DNA of 64,000 bases from an uncultured Acidobacteriota bacterium (GCA_963804995.1 CAWDSK010000003.1:1664001-1728000), one strand, 5' to 3'; positions 41,063 through 51,160 are shown, counted from the first letter of the stretch. The notes: a model not told the origin generated them from the sequence alone. Made by a program: numbers and translations.

Positions 41063-43717
41063 TTACTCATACCGCAGCGCCACCATGGGATCGACCTTGG
41101 TCGCGCGGTGGGCGGGGAGGTAACACGCCAGCGCTGCGGTGACCAGGACGACGAGGGTCACGATCGTAATTGTCAGCGGGTCTTGTGCGGTTACGCCGAA
41201 CAGCAGGCTGCGAATTACACCACCGGCCGCCAGCGCCGCTAAAACTCCTGCCGCCCATCCCACCACGACCGGCGACATCCCTTGTAGAAGAACCAGATTC
41301 CGCAGATGGGAGCCTTGCGCGCCAAGCGCCATGCGGATTCCCAATTCCTGTCGCCGCCGCGCCACCGAGTACCCCACCACGCCGTAGATTCCGAGCGCCG
41401 CGAGCAACAATGCGAAGATCGCAAAAAGGGATGCCAGCAGCATTTGAAAGCGGCGGACACCCACCGATTCCGACACGATCTCGGCCATCGGACGGAGGTG
41501 CAGGATTGGAACCCCTGAATCCACGCTCCGAATCGCGCTACGCACCGCCGTGCCCAGTGCCGCGGGCCCAATCGCCGCCCGAACCACCAGCGAGGCGTGC
41601 AAGCCCGACCAGGTTCGAGCTGCCGGCCCGGCTGGTTGATAGACCATCAACAGGGGAGGCTCGTCGAGGGCGACCGTACGGATGTCAGCAACGACACCGA
41701 TTACTTCAGTGAGAGGCCGGTGTTCTTCTCCCGGGTGGAATTGCTTGCCGAGGGGGTTTTCGCCCGGCCACACTTGCTTCGCGACGCTCTCGGAAATGAC
41801 AGCAACGTGGCGGTCGCGATCGGCCGGCTCGATCAAGCGGCCCTGGCGCAAGGGAATACCCATCGACTGAAAATAATCGGAACTCACAAATCGATAATTC
41901 GCGATGGCATCCGGCAGGCCGTTGGTCGAGCGGCCGGGCACGGTGATGCCGTCCACCTGCTCTTGTCCTTCGAGCGGGAGTTTGCTGATCCAACCGGCGG
42001 ATTTCACGCCGGGGAGGGCGCGCACTTGCGCGAGCACGTTATCGAAGAACTCCTCTTTTTGCTCCAGCTTCGTATAGCTCTGCGGAGGCAAGCTGACGTC
42101 CACGGCGAGCACGTGCTCCGTCGAGAATCCCTTATCGACACCGAGCAAGCGAACCATGCTCGTAGTGAGCAGGCCGGCCATGATCAGAAGCAGGGTGCCG
42201 ACGCCGACTTCAAAGCCGATCAGCGATTCCCGCAAGCGGCGCGCCGGGCGGCTCTCCGTAATGGTGACGGCGCCCGCTTTTAGGGCCTGTTGCGGCTCGG
42301 CATGCGACACGCGCCACGCGGGCAGAGCGCCGAAAAGGATTCCGGTCAGCATGGAAACGAAGACCGTGAACCACAGCACGCGCGCATCCAAGTGCACTTC
42401 ATCAATTCGGGGCAGATTGGCGGGCGCCACGGCCACCAGCCACCGCAGCCCGAAATACGCGATGCCCACGCCGAGGACACCTCCCAGGATCGCGAGCAAG
42501 GCACTTTCCGTCAGCAGTTGCCGCGCCAGGCGAGCACGCGAAGCTCCCAGCGCCGTCCGAATGCCCGCCTCCCGAACCCGGGCTGGAACGCGCACCAGCA
42601 GCAGGTTCGCCAGGTTCAGGCAAACGATCAGGAGCACTGCTCCCACGCCCCCGAGCAAGAGCAGAAGCCCGCGCCGTGCTGTCCCCACCACTTGGCTTTC
42701 GAGAGGAATGAGCTCGGCGCGAAGTCCTACCGTCTCTTTTGCGTCCTTCACAATCCGCGCCTGAATCACATTCAATTCGGCCAGGGCTTGCCGTGCGCTC
42801 GTCCCGGGCCTTAGCCGGGCGATGGCGGCGAAATCGAATTCTCCGATCTGATCAAATTCTTTCGGATCGAGTCCGAGCGGCTTGAAGTAATTCGTCCGCG
42901 GGGGAAAATCGGTAAGGAGGCCTAATTGCGCGCCTTTGGGAAATAGGAACGAAGCGGGCAGAATACCCACGACCTGGAAGGCCTTGCCGTCGAGGGTAAT
43001 CGACCGGCCCACGATCTCGGGATCGCCGTGGAAACGGCCGCGCCAAAACGAGTCGGTGAGAATCACCACGTGATCGTTGCCGGGGGTGTCTTCCTGCGGC
43101 AGAAACGTGCGGCCCAGTTCCGGCACTACGCCCAACACGTCAAAGAGATTCGCGGAAGCCCGGCCACCGGGAATCTGCTCCGCCTCGCCGTCGCGGGTCA
43201 GCGTCATGTCGAAGGGTTCGACAATCGCGACCGAGTCGAAGGAGTGGCAGTCGCGCTGCCAGACGCGGAAATTCGGCAGATTGGCGGGAAGCGTCGGGTA
43301 TGTCCGGCTCAGCTCCGGGATGATTTCGCGCACCAGGTAAAGCTGCTGCGCCTCGCGATAGGCAAGCGGCCGCAGCAGGACGCTGTTCACCATCGAGAAA
43401 ATCGCGGTGTTAGCGCCGATGCCGAGGGCAAGAGTGATTACGGCGACAGCCGTGAACCCGGGATTTCGCTTGAGCTGGCGCAGGCCGTAACGCACGTCTT
43501 GTAGCAAAGTTTCAAGCCAGCGAAGGCCCCACATGTCGCGCGTGGTCTCTTTGACCAGGGTAACGTTGCCGAATTCGCGGACGGCTGAGGCTCTGGCTTG
43601 CTCGGGCGATTCGCCCTGTTCGGCATGTTCCTGTGCGGCCATGCGCAGATGAGCTTTAACTTCTTCGTCCAGCTCCCGTTCGTGCTGGCGGCGAAAAATC
43701 CAGTTCCAAAGATTCAT
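41063..43717 (-). CDS. ABC permease, acidobacterial duplicated orphan permease (ADOP; MacB/FtsX-like)
   Basis: ELDEEVKAHL permease prefix, TLALGIGANTAIFS, two FtsX-like halves, RATKVDPMVALRYE. Confidence 0.93.
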   Translation of the reverse strand: MNLWNWIFRRQHERELDEEVKAHLRMAAQEHAEQGESPEQARASAVREFGNVTLVKETTRDMWGLRWLETLLQDVRYGLRQLKRNPGFTAVAVITLALGIGANTAIFSMVNSVLLRPLAYREAQQLYLVREIIPELSRTYPTLPANLPNFRVWQRDCHSFDSVAIVEPFDMTLTRDGEAEQIPGGRASANLFDVLGVVPELGRTFLPQEDTPGNDHVVILTDSFWRGRFHGDPEIVGRSITLDGKAFQVVGILPASFLFPKGAQLGLLTDFPPRTNYFKPLGLDPKEFDQIGEFDFAAIARLRPGTSARQALAELNVIQARIVKDAKETVGLRAELIPLESQVVGTARRGLLLLLGGVGAVLLIVCLNLANLLLVRVPARVREAGIRTALGASRARLARQLLTESALLAILGGVLGVGIAYFGLRWLVAVAPANLPRIDEVHLDARVLWFTVFVSMLTGILFGALPAWRVSHAEPQQALKAGAVTITESRPARRLRESLIGFEVGVGTLLLIMAGLLTTSMVRLLGVDKGFSTEHVLAVDVSLPPQSYTKLEQKEEFFDNVLAQVRALPGVKSAGWISKLPLEGQEQVDGITVPGRSTNGLPDAIANYRFVSSDYFQSMGIPLRQGRLIEPADRDRHVAVISESVAKQVWPGENPLGKQFHPGEEHRPLTEVIGVVADIRTVALDEPPLLMVYQPAGPAARTWSGLHASLVVRAAIGPAALGTAVRSAIRSVDSGVPILHLRPMAEIVSESVGVRRFQMLLASLFAIFALLLAALGIYGVVGYSVARRRQELGIRMALGAQGSHLRNLVLLQGMSPVVVGWAAGVLAALAAGGVIRSLLFGVTAQDPLTITIVTLVVLVTAALACYLPAHRATKVDPMVALRYE

Positions 43718-43719
43718 GG

Positions 43720-43758
43720 CTAACCTTCATCCGGTGCAGGAATCATCATGCCCGCGAT
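43720..43758 (-). pseudogene. 3'-end remnant of a padR gene abutting the ADOP start
   Basis: Reads IAGMMIPAPDEG*, versus IAGIMKPAPDEGA* at the C-terminus of the PadR at 47402. Confidence 0.75.
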
Positions 43759-43778
43759 GCTCCAAATATAACTGGCAC

Positions 43779-43885
43779 CTTGGAGTGCGGTAGCAGCAGC
43801 TACCGCCTTGCCTTCTGTAGCCCATACGAGAATCGAACGAAATCGAGAGCAGGAAAGGCGGTAGCTGCTGCTACCGCACTCCAAG
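43779..43885. repeat. REPIN, TGGAGTGCGG family, copy 2
   Basis: Perfect inverted arms of about 31 bp. Confidence 0.9.
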
Positions 43886-44049
43886 ACGCGGCGCAGGCCA
43901 ATAGCTGGCGAACACCCGCCTCAATTCCCACCCCTGCGAGTCTCGATGACAACTGGGGGAGGGTCTGCTTTTTGTAATAAAGTATCTGCGCAATCATACA
44001 AATTGAAAAACGTCAGACCGCTGCCGTACAATGCTGTAGGGAGAACTCG

Positions 44050-44340
44050 ATGATGAATGTTGCACTGCCTCGCGACCTCGAGAAGCGCGTCAACGAAATT
44101 ATTGAGCGCGGTGATTTCGCCAGTTGAGATAAATTCTTCGAGGAAGCCGCCGAACTGCTTTTGCTCCTCCGGCACGGTGATGGAACGCCGGTTCCAGTGG
44201 ACGACCAATGGGAAAAGCGCGTGGAGGTTTTCATCGAGGAAGCCCAAGCCAGCGGAGAAGCCACTGAAATGACGGACCGCGACTGGGACGAGGTTGAGCA
44301 TACGGGGCTGAATCTCCTGCGGGCCAGGAAGAAGGCTTAA
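44050..44340 (+). pseudogene. Orphan ParD-like RHH antitoxin with an internal TGA
   Basis: MNVALPRDLEKRVNEIIERGDFAS*DKFFEEAAELL...SGEATEMTDRDWDEV...RARKKA*. TGA at 44125-44127. RBS GGGAG. No toxin downstream. Not in the ORF track. Confidence 0.75.
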
Positions 44341-44497
44341 CCTGTCCAAGACTATGCCTCGAGTCTTGGCACCTGCATCGCCCCGCTAACCCCACCCGCA
44401 AATAGCTCTTCGGCACCGAGAATTAGGAATGGCAAACAGCAAATGGGCAGCTTGCTGCTCGCCACTAACAACTATCCACTAGCCACTAACCACTGCT

Positions 44498-47137
44498 TTA
44501 CTCGTACCGCAGCGCCACCATGGGATCGACCTTGGTCGCCCGGCGGGCGGGGATGTAACAGGCCAGGAGTGCGAGGCCCAATAATCCCAACGGCACCACC
44601 GCGAAGGTCGCTGGGTCGGTCGGTTGAACTTGGAAAAGCAGGCTGCTCATGAAATGCACCAGTGCCAAGGCTGCAACGCCCCCAATCGCCAGCCCGATGC
44701 CCGCCCGGAGGAGTCCCTGCGCCATCACTGACCGCAACACGTCGCCCTGCTGAGCCCCTAAGGCCATTAGTATGCCGAACTCGTGGGACCGCTGCGCCAC
44801 CGAGTAGGCCATCACCCCATAGATCCCCACTCCCGCCAGAACCAGCGCCAGCGCGGCAAAGACAGCGAGCAGCGTCATCAGGAACTGCCTGGGTGCAGCC
44901 GGCTCTCCGGCGATTTGATCGAGGGGGCGAACATCTGCGATGGGGACCGCCTAATCGAGCGCCATAACCTCGTGGCGAATAGCTTGCGCTATGGCCAGGG
45001 GCTCTCCCGCGGTGCGCACCACGAAAAGTCGCGGATCAAGCAGCCAAGGGTATTGCCTGTATGGGATGTAAAGTTCCGGCTCAAACCCCACGTCCGGGCC
45101 CTCCGTCCGAACGTTCCCGGCGACGCCCACCACCGTAAGCCACGGCAGCTTGGGATCCGTTCCGGTTTTCAGACGCTTCCCGAGAGGATTCTGCCCCGGC
45201 CAATACTGGCGCACGAGTTCCTCATTCACAATCACCACCCGCTGCGAGTCTTGAATATCGGCTTCGCTGAAGGCCCGTCCCTGCCGCAGAGGGATGCCCA
45301 TCGTCCGGAAGTAGTTGGGGGCGACTATCAGGTAGTTGGCATCCGGCATATCTTCCGGGCGGGGGTTGGGGTTCTCCTCGATGACGAAACCCATGCCAGC
45401 CTGGTTTTCGATCGGCAGGCCGCTCGCAACGCTGGCGCACACGACCCCTGGCAAAGCCTCCACGCGCCCCAGGAGTTGTTCAAAGAACCTCGCCTTGCTG
45501 CGCTGCTCCTGGTACTGAGGCCCGCGCAATGGAATGCGCAAGGTCAGCACATTATGTGGGTTAAAGCCCAAGTTGAAATGCGTAATCCGCACGAGGGTCT
45601 TGATCATCAACCCCGCGCCGATGACCAGCACGAACGCCAGGGCGAATTCCGCCGTGACCAGGAACCCGCGTAGGCGATGGCCGCGCCCACTCTCGGTGGA
45701 GCCTCGGCTGCTCCCCTTGAGCGAAGCGGTCAAGTCCGGCCGGGACATTCCCAAGGCCGGAGCCAGCCCGAAAAGAAATCCCGTGGCGATCGTGAGCAGC
45801 AAGGCAAAGCCAAGCACGCCACTATTGAGCGTGGCGGCGTCCAGGCCAGGCGCGACCAGGAATAGGGCCGAGGGAGACAGCGTCACGAGAGCCTTGGTCC
45901 CGCCGGACGCGATCAAAACCCCCAACCCTCCGCCGCAGAGGGCGACCAAAACACTCTCCGTAAGAAGCTGACGAAGCATCCGCGAGGAACTGGCGCCCAA
46001 GGCCGAACGCACGGCGATTTCTCTCTCGTGGCTTGCCGCGCGCGCCAGCAATAGGTTGGCGAGATTGACGCAGGCGATCAGCAGCACGAAGGCCACCGCC
46101 GCGACCAGCACCAGCAACACCGGTCTGGCACCACCCACAATCTGGTCGTGCATGCCGACAACGGCGACTCTCCAACCTTTGTTCTCCGGATACTGGCGCT
46201 CGATGCGGCTGGCAATGGTATCCATCTCCACTTGCGCCTGCTTCAATGTGACGCCCGGCTTGAGTCGCGCCAGCGCCAGGAAGGCGTGCTCGGTACGCCC
46301 TCGGGGCCGCATATCCAGCCCAGGCACCCACACCTGGCCATGCACATTGAAGAAAGTGGTGTAGGCATCGGTAAAGTCTGGCGGCATGATTCCCACCACG
46401 GTGTGGCTGTGCCCATCAAGAGAAATCTGGCGGCCAATCACTTTGGGGTCGCCGCCGTAGTATCGCTGCCATAAACCATAACTGATGATGGCCACAGTAG
46501 GGCTGGACGGTTCATCATCGGCAGGGACGAATCCCCGGCCGCGCATGGGCGGAACGCCCAACAGCGTGAAGAGATTGGCAGTGACGTGTTCGCCGTCAAT
46601 CTCCATGGGCTCGCCGACGCCGGTCAAATTGAAGGAAGTGGGGTCAACCGCCGCCATGTCGCTGAAAACCGTATTCTGCTGCCGCCAGTCGGCGAAGTTC
46701 GCCGCGGAAACAATATTCGTGGTCCAGCCGCGCGGGAGGTTCTGTTCCCAAACAAACACCAAGCGATCGGCTCCCCTGTAAGGAAGTGGGCGGAACAATA
46801 CGGCGCTCACGACGCTGAAAATCGCCGTGTTCGCGCCGATGCCGAGTGCGAGCGTTAGTACGGCCACAGCAGTGAAACCGGGATTCTTGCGCAACTGGCG
46901 CGCGCCGTAGCGGAGGTCTTGTACGAAAGTTTCAAGCCAGCGAAGGCCCCACATGTCGCGCGTGGTCTCTTTGACTAGGGTAACGTTGCCGAATTCGCGG
47001 ACGGCTGAGGCTCTGGCTTGCTCGGGTGATTCGCCCTGTTCGGCATGTTCCTGTGCGGCCATGCGCAGATGAGCTTTAACTTCTTCGTCCAGCTCCCGTT
47101 CGTGCTGGCGGCGAAAAATCCAGTTCCAAAGATTCAT
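44498..47137 (-). pseudogene. Second ADOP permease with an in-frame TAG at 44951-44953
   Basis: ...EVMALD*AVPIADVRPLDQ... continues in the same frame into ORF 44498-44878, ending RATKVDPMVALRYE. Confidence 0.85.
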
Positions 47138-47139
47138 GG

Positions 47140-47178
47140 CTAACCTTCATCCGGTGCAGGAATCATCATGCCCGCGAT
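47140..47178 (-). pseudogene. 3'-end remnant of a padR gene, copy 2
   Basis: Identical to 43720-43758. Confidence 0.75.
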
Positions 47179-47206
47179 GCTCCAAATATAACTGTGCCGA
47201 AGGCAC

Positions 47207-47317
47207 CTTGGAGTGCGGTAGCAGCAGCTACCGCCTTGCCTCCATACCTATTTGCCGCTTGAATCACCTATTTGCGGCATGAAGCGAAGGCGGTAGCTGC
47301 TGCTACCGCACTCCAAG
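47207..47317. repeat. REPIN, TGGAGTGCGG family, copy 3
   Basis: Same arms as 43779-43885 with a different spacer. Confidence 0.9.
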
Positions 47318-47401
47318 ACGCGGCGCGTTCGCATTCTGATGTTTTGGGCCGAGCGCCGCCCCGGCGCCAGAAGCCGGCTCTGGGGCGCAGGGCGCTCGGC
47401 C

Positions 47402-47767
47402 CTACGCTCCTTCGTCGGGGGCGGGTTTCATGATCCCCGCGATGGCGTTGACAATCTGCTCCCAGCGGGATTGCTCAGAGACCAACTGCCTCTTGCCCGC
47501 CGGGGTCAGGCGATAGAACTTGGCGCGCTGGTTGCTCTCCGTCTGCTTCCATTGCAACGTCACCCATCGCTGCCTCTCCAGGCGATGCAGCGCCGGGTAA
47601 AGCGAGCCAGTCTCAACTTTCAGGACTTCGCCGGAGCGTCCCCCAATCGACTGGCTGATCCCGTAGCCGTGCTGCGGCCCCCACTGCAAGGTTTGGAGGA
47701 TCAGCATGTCCAGCGTGCCTTGCAGCAACTCAATACGATTCTGATAACGTTCCCTTTTGGGTTTCAT
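47402..47767 (-). CDS. PadR family transcriptional regulator (acidobacterial, ADOP-associated)
   Basis: LLQGTLDMLIL, HGYGI, GSLYPALHRLE, AKFYRLT. Confidence 0.93.
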   Translation of the reverse strand: MKPKRERYQNRIELLQGTLDMLILQTLQWGPQHGYGISQSIGGRSGEVLKVETGSLYPALHRLERQRWVTLQWKQTESNQRAKFYRLTPAGKRQLVSEQSRWEQIVNAIAGIMKPAPDEGA

Positions 47768-47769
47768 GA

Positions 47770-47805
47770 TGTAGGGAATCTACACCCCAGGAAGTAGGTT
47801 GTCAA
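47770..47805 (-). promoter_or_regulatory. padR promoter with palindromic operator candidate
   Basis: TTGACA-N17-TAGATT, 9 nt before the ATG. TGTAG-N5-CTACA palindrome (47770-47784) overlaps the -10. Confidence 0.6.
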
Positions 47806-47863
47806 CACCCTCGGCGGGGAATTTGATGGGATCAGGTTCGGGAGTCACCTGAGCGCAACGAAT

Positions 47864-47939
47864 GACCCCCTCACCCGTCCCGCCCCGGCTGATGAAAACG
47901 CCGGCGGCGGTCCACCCTCTCCCCCAAAGGGGCGAGGGC
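47864..47939. repeat. REP-like element, CCCTCGCCCC family, copy 3 (inverted)
   Basis: Reverse complement of 304-379 and 30441-30516. Confidence 0.9.
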
Positions 47940-48113
47940 TAGGAGTCTTCAGTTGTCAGAACCCTACGCCACTGTTGGGAAGAGAGTTATGAAGTCAAAT
48001 CAGCACCGTCGCGCAGCACGGCCGGTTTTGCGTTTTGCGCTTTGCGTTTTGACTTTCTTTTACGAGTCGGCTGCACCTCGTTGTAAAGGTCTGCCGCCTT
48101 CAACTACGAACGC

Positions 48114-49373
48114 TCAAGGCAGGCCCACCCAGGCGCGGAAATTGCCGGAGAACATGCGCGTGACGTCGCGGTCAATCATCTGCCGCGTCACACCGTAGCC
48201 TTCCGCGAGCAGGCGGGAATAGGATTTGTAAACCGCGCGGGAAATGGCACGGCGGGCGTGCGCCCACTTGTAGGGCAACTGCTCCAGCACCCGCGCGTCA
48301 GAGTGCTGCGGAATGAACGTCGAGCCCAACAGTTCCAGGCGCTCGGTGGTAATCTCTTCCACGATCGACGGCGTATTCATGAACCACCAGCACCCGAACG
48401 GCATCAGGTTGCTGAATTTCCGTGCCGCCACGCACAGGGCATGCTGATTCTCTCGCGACAGCATGGTCACGAGGAACCGCACGCGGGGGTTCTCCTGGCA
48501 GATCCGCTCAACCGCTCCGGTATCGGCGTACCCCAAGCTGTCGCCGGCGTCGCGCAATTCGGGGTTCGCTCCCCGAGCCACGCCGATCATCATGGCGAAA
48601 GGCAGGTTGTGTTCGAGGCAGGTGGGAAAGACCACCTCACGCATTAAGCGGGCGCGCGGAGAGTCCTCCGGGTAGGTGAAACTGAAGGGCAGCGAGACCG
48701 CGGCATAAACAGGGCGCAGGCGGGCAATCCAAAGGTCAAGGAAGCGGCGAGCCTCAGCGTTGCTGTGCGGCGACAAGCGGGAACTGGTCTTAAAACCCTG
48801 GTCGGCAATCAGAGCGCAAGTCGACTTCCAATCGTTGAGGAGAGGATCCAGCCGCAGGGCGCGATGGAATTTTGCCGGACACGATTCCTGCCGTTCCCAC
48901 AGCTTCTTTTCCTGGGCGTTAAAAGGATCATTGGTCATCACCAGTTCCGAAACGCCGGCGAGGTCCAGGATGTGCTCGACGTGGCTGTCGATGTTGACCG
49001 ATGCGAAGTAGCGACGCGCATCTTTAAGGTTCGGCTGAGAGGGATCAAGCCCCAACCTTTTCATGACCGTCACCACGCCCCCCGTCGCTTCAGAAATCGG
49101 AGTGTTCTTTACGAAGAGGGTATCCCAGATGAGGTCCGCCTGCTGAGGTTTCGAGAGCGCCCAGAAATCGCGCGGGGCGACCAGCGCCGAGCGGAAGAGT
49201 TCTGCCACCAGGTAATGATACGTAAGGAGCCCATCGATTCCCCAAAGGCACAACCCACCGAAACTGGGGGGATAAAGGTGCGTGTGGATGTCGATCACCT
49301 TGGTCCGCTCGACCGCCTCCTCAACATTCCGCTGCAGGTCTGCAGGATTTGAAATTTCGCCAGCTTGGGCCAT
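48114..49373 (-). CDS. uxaC: Glucuronate (uronate) isomerase, Bh0493-type
   Basis: DIHTH, LLTYHYL, CWWF and PQHSDARVLEQL motifs. Confidence 0.85.
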   Translation of the reverse strand: MAQAGEISNPADLQRNVEEAVERTKVIDIHTHLYPPSFGGLCLWGIDGLLTYHYLVAELFRSALVAPRDFWALSKPQQADLIWDTLFVKNTPISEATGGVVTVMKRLGLDPSQPNLKDARRYFASVNIDSHVEHILDLAGVSELVMTNDPFNAQEKKLWERQESCPAKFHRALRLDPLLNDWKSTCALIADQGFKTSSRLSPHSNAEARRFLDLWIARLRPVYAAVSLPFSFTYPEDSPRARLMREVVFPTCLEHNLPFAMMIGVARGANPELRDAGDSLGYADTGAVERICQENPRVRFLVTMLSRENQHALCVAARKFSNLMPFGCWWFMNTPSIVEEITTERLELLGSTFIPQHSDARVLEQLPYKWAHARRAISRAVYKSYSRLLAEGYGVTRQMIDRDVTRMFSGNFRAWVGLP

Positions 49374-49471
49374 GGGGTATCTCCCTCAGGATTGACGATC
49401 GTTTCGAGCAGCGCCACGTAATCCCCTGCTGGTCCGCAGCGCGACTCGATGGAAGCAGGGGGATTTGGGAC

Positions 49472-49564
<93 letters not shown>

Positions 49565-49662
49565 GCTCTTTTGGTTCAACAGCTTAGCACGACTCACCCC
49601 GCTTGTCGAGCTTTCCGCTAACAGTTACGCTAACAATTTGGGATAAATCGTCCTGACTTTCC

Positions 49663-50068
49663 TTACCCAGCCCCCAGGAGCCGAGAAGCTACATTTGCAG
49701 CCTCGCGTTCCCCTTCCCTGTCGGACTCGATATACCAATCCGCGGTCGTTTGCCAGCGTGAGTGACCCAATCTGTTCTGGATGACCTTGATCGGCACACC
49801 AGCCCGGTAGAGCATGGTTCCCGACCAGTGCCGCAGTTGATGCCAAGTGAGGTGTATCCCAGTCTTCGCCGCGGCTTTCTGTAACCCGCAGCGAAGGGCG
49901 TTCTGCTCGGTCATGGGCCGGTCCGGGTGTTTGGGATGAGCAAACACCAAGTCGTTTTCTGTGCTGTTAGGAGACAGCGACTTGAGTTGCTTGAGCCTGG
50001 AGATCTCCGCCTCGGTCAGGTAGAGAGGTTTCTTGCTGCGATGGCCTTTGGTCAGGTGCTCTTCCCCG
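49663..50068 (-). pseudogene. C-terminal fragment of a tyrosine recombinase/integrase
   Basis: GEEHLTKGHRSKKPLYL...LVFAH...HQLRH...LGHS...TTADWY. No start codon; the N-terminal half is absent. Confidence 0.85.
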
Positions 50069-50923
50069 GCGCTGCTGGCCGGACTGATCTACGGCCTGTC
50101 GTTCGCACATCCCTATCATCTCGATTCCAAAAGGCTCTCCGCGTTTCTATTGCAAGCCTCGGTCGTGGCGTTGGGTTTTGGAATGAATCTGCATGAGGTG
50201 GTGCGGGCGGGCCGGAGCGGATTCATGTACACCGCAATCAGTATCAGCTTTGCCATGCTCCTCGGTCTCGGCATCGGGTATTTGTTCAAGGTTCACCGCA
50301 CGTTGTCGTTCCTGATCTGTGCGGGCACCGCCATATGTGGCGGCAGCGCGATTGCCGCCGTGGGACCCTTCTTGAACGCGGGGGAAGAGGAGATGGCGGT
50401 ATCGCTCGGAACCGTGTTTGTGCTGAATTCGGTTGCCCTGTTTCTCTTCCCCGTCATCGGGTACGCTCTTCACCTCACGCAGTCGCAATTCGGATTATGG
50501 TCCGCACTCGCCATCCACGACACCAGTTCCGTGGTGGGCGCAACCGCAAAATACGGGGCCCAGGCGTTGATGATCGGGACTACAATCAAGCTGGCCAGAG
50601 CGCTGTGGATCGTTCCTTTGGCGTTTATGGTGGCAATCTTGAGAAAGAGCAAGACCCGCGTCAGGTGGCCCTGGTTTATCCTGCTTTTCTGTCTTGCTGC
50701 GGTTGCCAGCACCTTTCTGCCTTGGTTCGGCCCGCTGTACCCCCGGCTTAGCGCGCTGGGAAAAACGGGATTGACGGTTACGCTCTATCTGATTGGCACA
50801 GGGATTTCAAAATCAACGCTGAAACAAGTTGGCGTGCGCCCCCTCGTGCAGGGGATTCTGCTTTGGGCGATTGTGGCGATGGCTTCTCTTACCCTCATCC
50901 GCTTCGGGCTCGTCTCAATCTGA
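50062..50923 (+). CDS. YeiH/putative sulfate exporter family membrane protein, apparently 5'-truncated
   Basis: GTAICGGSAIAA, AIHDTSSVV, IKLARALWI. The ORF's first codons overlap integrase sequence on the other strand. Confidence 0.8.
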
Positions 50924-50965
50924 TCGGCTCCCAGAGGAAGCAGCCTGCCCCCTTGATCAGAGCCT

Positions 50966-51160
50966 TCAACCGCCACCCGAAGGGGCACAGGCGCCGCCGG
51001 CAGACTTGCTTGTGGTGCCGCCGGTGGCAAATGCCGAGAACTTCTGTTCGACCCGCTTCCATCCGCAATTGGGGCACTCAGGCAGGTCCTGGTTGCGGGT
51101 CAACACGAGTTTTTCGAAGACATGTCCGCAGTGGGAACATGCGTATTCAAATATGGGCAT
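50966..51160 (-). CDS. FmdB family zinc-ribbon protein
   Basis: MPIFEYACSHCGHVFE...CPNCG. Ends CAPSGGG-TGA. Confidence 0.9.
   Translation of the reverse strand: MPIFEYACSHCGHVFEKLVLTRNQDLPECPNCGWKRVEQKFSAFATGGTTSKSAGGACAPSGGG

Noticed and set aside
44125..44127. In-frame TGA as selenocysteine in the ParD-like ORF
   Set aside because: No Cys or redox context is expected in this family and no convincing SECIS follows. Treated as nonsense.
44951..44953. Amber codon as pyrrolysine or genome recoding
   Set aside because: TAG serves as a normal stop in many genes here, and no pyl genes are visible.
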